A DNA stretch of 64,000 nucleotides from Squalus acanthias. Lineage: Eukaryota. The notes beneath the pieces are model-generated. The model saw nothing but the letters and a program-made list of their open reading frames with translations. It was not told the DNA's origin and searched no databases. Positions 62,613 to 64,000 of this stretch are shown here, in pieces; position 1 is the first letter of the stretch; each line of letters starts with the position of its first letter. The position numbers were made by a program, and so were the translations under genes. The stretch is taken from positions 23,622,001 to 23,686,000 of the forward strand of contig CM059443.1 of the NCBI GenBank assembly GCA_030390025.1, given 5' to 3'.

Positions 62613-62670
62613 TCAAATCTCCGCTATGGGCAAATTGAAGATGGGAAATGAATTAATTCAGATCTTAATA

Positions 62671-62812
62671 CAAAAGGCAAAATACTGCGGATGCTGGAAA
62701 TCTGAAATATAAACAGAAAATGCTGGAAATACTCAGCAGGCCAGGCCAGAAATGTTTCTCTCTCCACAGATGCTGCCTGACCAGCTGAGTATTTCCAGCA
62801 TTTTCGGTTTCT
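62671..62812. mobile_element. Inverted (fold-back) pair of Penelope termini
   Basis: gaaaatgctggaaatactcagcaggccaggc (62716-62746) versus gcctgaccagctgagtatttccagcattttc (62775-62805). Confidence 0.78.
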
Positions 62813-63326
62813 TATCTGTGCCCAATGACTCAAATCTGGCAGTTTTTATAGACTCTGTGTAGCAGAGAGACAGATGTGAGTTCCTATTGAGGCAACCACT
62901 GAATATAATTATACGTCTTTAAAAGCATTCAACATTTTAAAAAAATTCTGAAATGCGCAGGATTCTTAGGCAGTGAAGACACTCTGATTTCTCCCATTCT
63001 GTCGAATCGATTTTGTAATGATCACAGAGGCAGTGATAGTACAATTGGCCCCATGCAGATTAAGATATTAAATTGTGGACAGCCTTAATACTAGTGCACA
63101 CCAGGTGCACGAGCACAGATGGCTTAGTGGCTTTTTTTAAACCAAATTTTGTAGTCTTTGTTATATAGAAATGTTGGTGTTGTACACATCATGCTAATGA
63201 ATCCATTTTGATTTTTAATTTTTTATAACATTTTTCACAATCGGTATATTTTTTGTATCACCTGACATCTAAAAAGTCTTACAATTAGATGGAGAAAAGG
63301 GAATAAAATATATTCATTTGTTTCAG

Positions 63327-63423
63327 ACAATGGCAGAAATCTGAAGATGCAACACTGGAGTTCTGTGAAGAAGGAAATGAATACAAACCTTGTCTATTAG
63401 AAATGCTGCAACACTTGGCATAG
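63327..63423 (+). other. Candidate terminal exon of the Ig receptor
   Basis: ttcatttgtttcAG acceptor at 63325-63326. Direct splicing from the TM exon forms TG|A = stop. Other small exons (62166-62204, 62327-62336) cannot be excluded. Confidence 0.4.
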
Positions 63424-63949
63424 ATCCCAATTGAGATTATATATAATTTGTTTCACACATTTGCTTTAATACCTGTGTTTTATGCATGTTTTGTAATCTG
63501 CTGTAAATCTCTTTCCAGTCACTTTTGGAATATTCTCAGTAAAAGAAAGAAAGTAGGTCACAAGATCACAAGATAAAGACAGACGAAGGAGGCCATATCC
63601 CCATTTCAATGGAATGGAAAATCTGTCGGGGTGTATTACAAGTGGCCAATCTGCTACCACCTATTTTCCACCACCGCTGCAAGTTAGAATGAGCCATTAA
63701 ATCTCAAAAATATGTATTTGTGTGTCACGGTCAATTTTGCAGGCAAAAAATGCATTAAGTAAGGATAATGTCACTCCAAATATCAAACAATCTGCTTTTG
63801 CAGTGAATAATGACACCATATATTTATATATTCCCAGATCACAACCATTTTCTGCCAATTTGCTCCCATGCCACATGACAACAGCTCTGAGATAACTTCC
63901 CACTTTGGGAGGCCACCACTAGCCGTACAGCTGAGCTCGGGAGTTCAGT

Positions 63950-64000
63950 CATGGTTCAGTGGGTAGAACTCTCGCCTGAGTCAGAGGTTGTGGGTTCAAG
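63950..64000 (+). mobile_element. 5' head of a Deu-type SINE, truncated by the window end
   Basis: tggttcagtgggtagaactctcgcctgagtcagaggttgtgggttcaag; same head as 61810-61860 (-). Confidence 0.6.

Noticed and set aside
1-64000. CRISPR arrays, rRNA, snoRNA or prokaryotic systems
   Set aside because: No regularly spaced repeats or recognisable RNA genes seen; the sequence is vertebrate genomic DNA

Overview
Eukaryotic, intron-rich, repeat-laden DNA, most likely from a cartilaginous fish (shark or ray), judging by HE1/V-SINE, Deu-type SINE, CR1/HER1, L2 and Penelope repeats; the species cannot be determined. Two + strand genes are present. (1) The last 26 coding exons of AP3D1 (AP-3 complex delta-1 adaptin), 99-44803, 987 codons plus stop, 5' end outside the window, all introns GT-AG with consistent phases. 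(2) An immunoglobulin-superfamily type I membrane receptor I cannot name, about 53065-63330: leader exon, a BTLA-type six-cysteine Ig domain, a second Ig domain, a transmembrane exon with a central Lys, and apparently only a very short tail with no ITIM. It sits behind a compact ETS + ISRE + kB-like promoter and looks like a candidate activating relative of the inhibitory receptor BTLA. Other points of note are minimal hammerhead-ribozyme motifs in Penelope-derived mini-elements (one with a 15-bp target-site duplication), a CR1 LINE fused in frame at an AP3D1 splice donor, several intact MITEs and nested LINE insertions. All calls are by eye; no database searches were run, and repeat boundaries are approximate.
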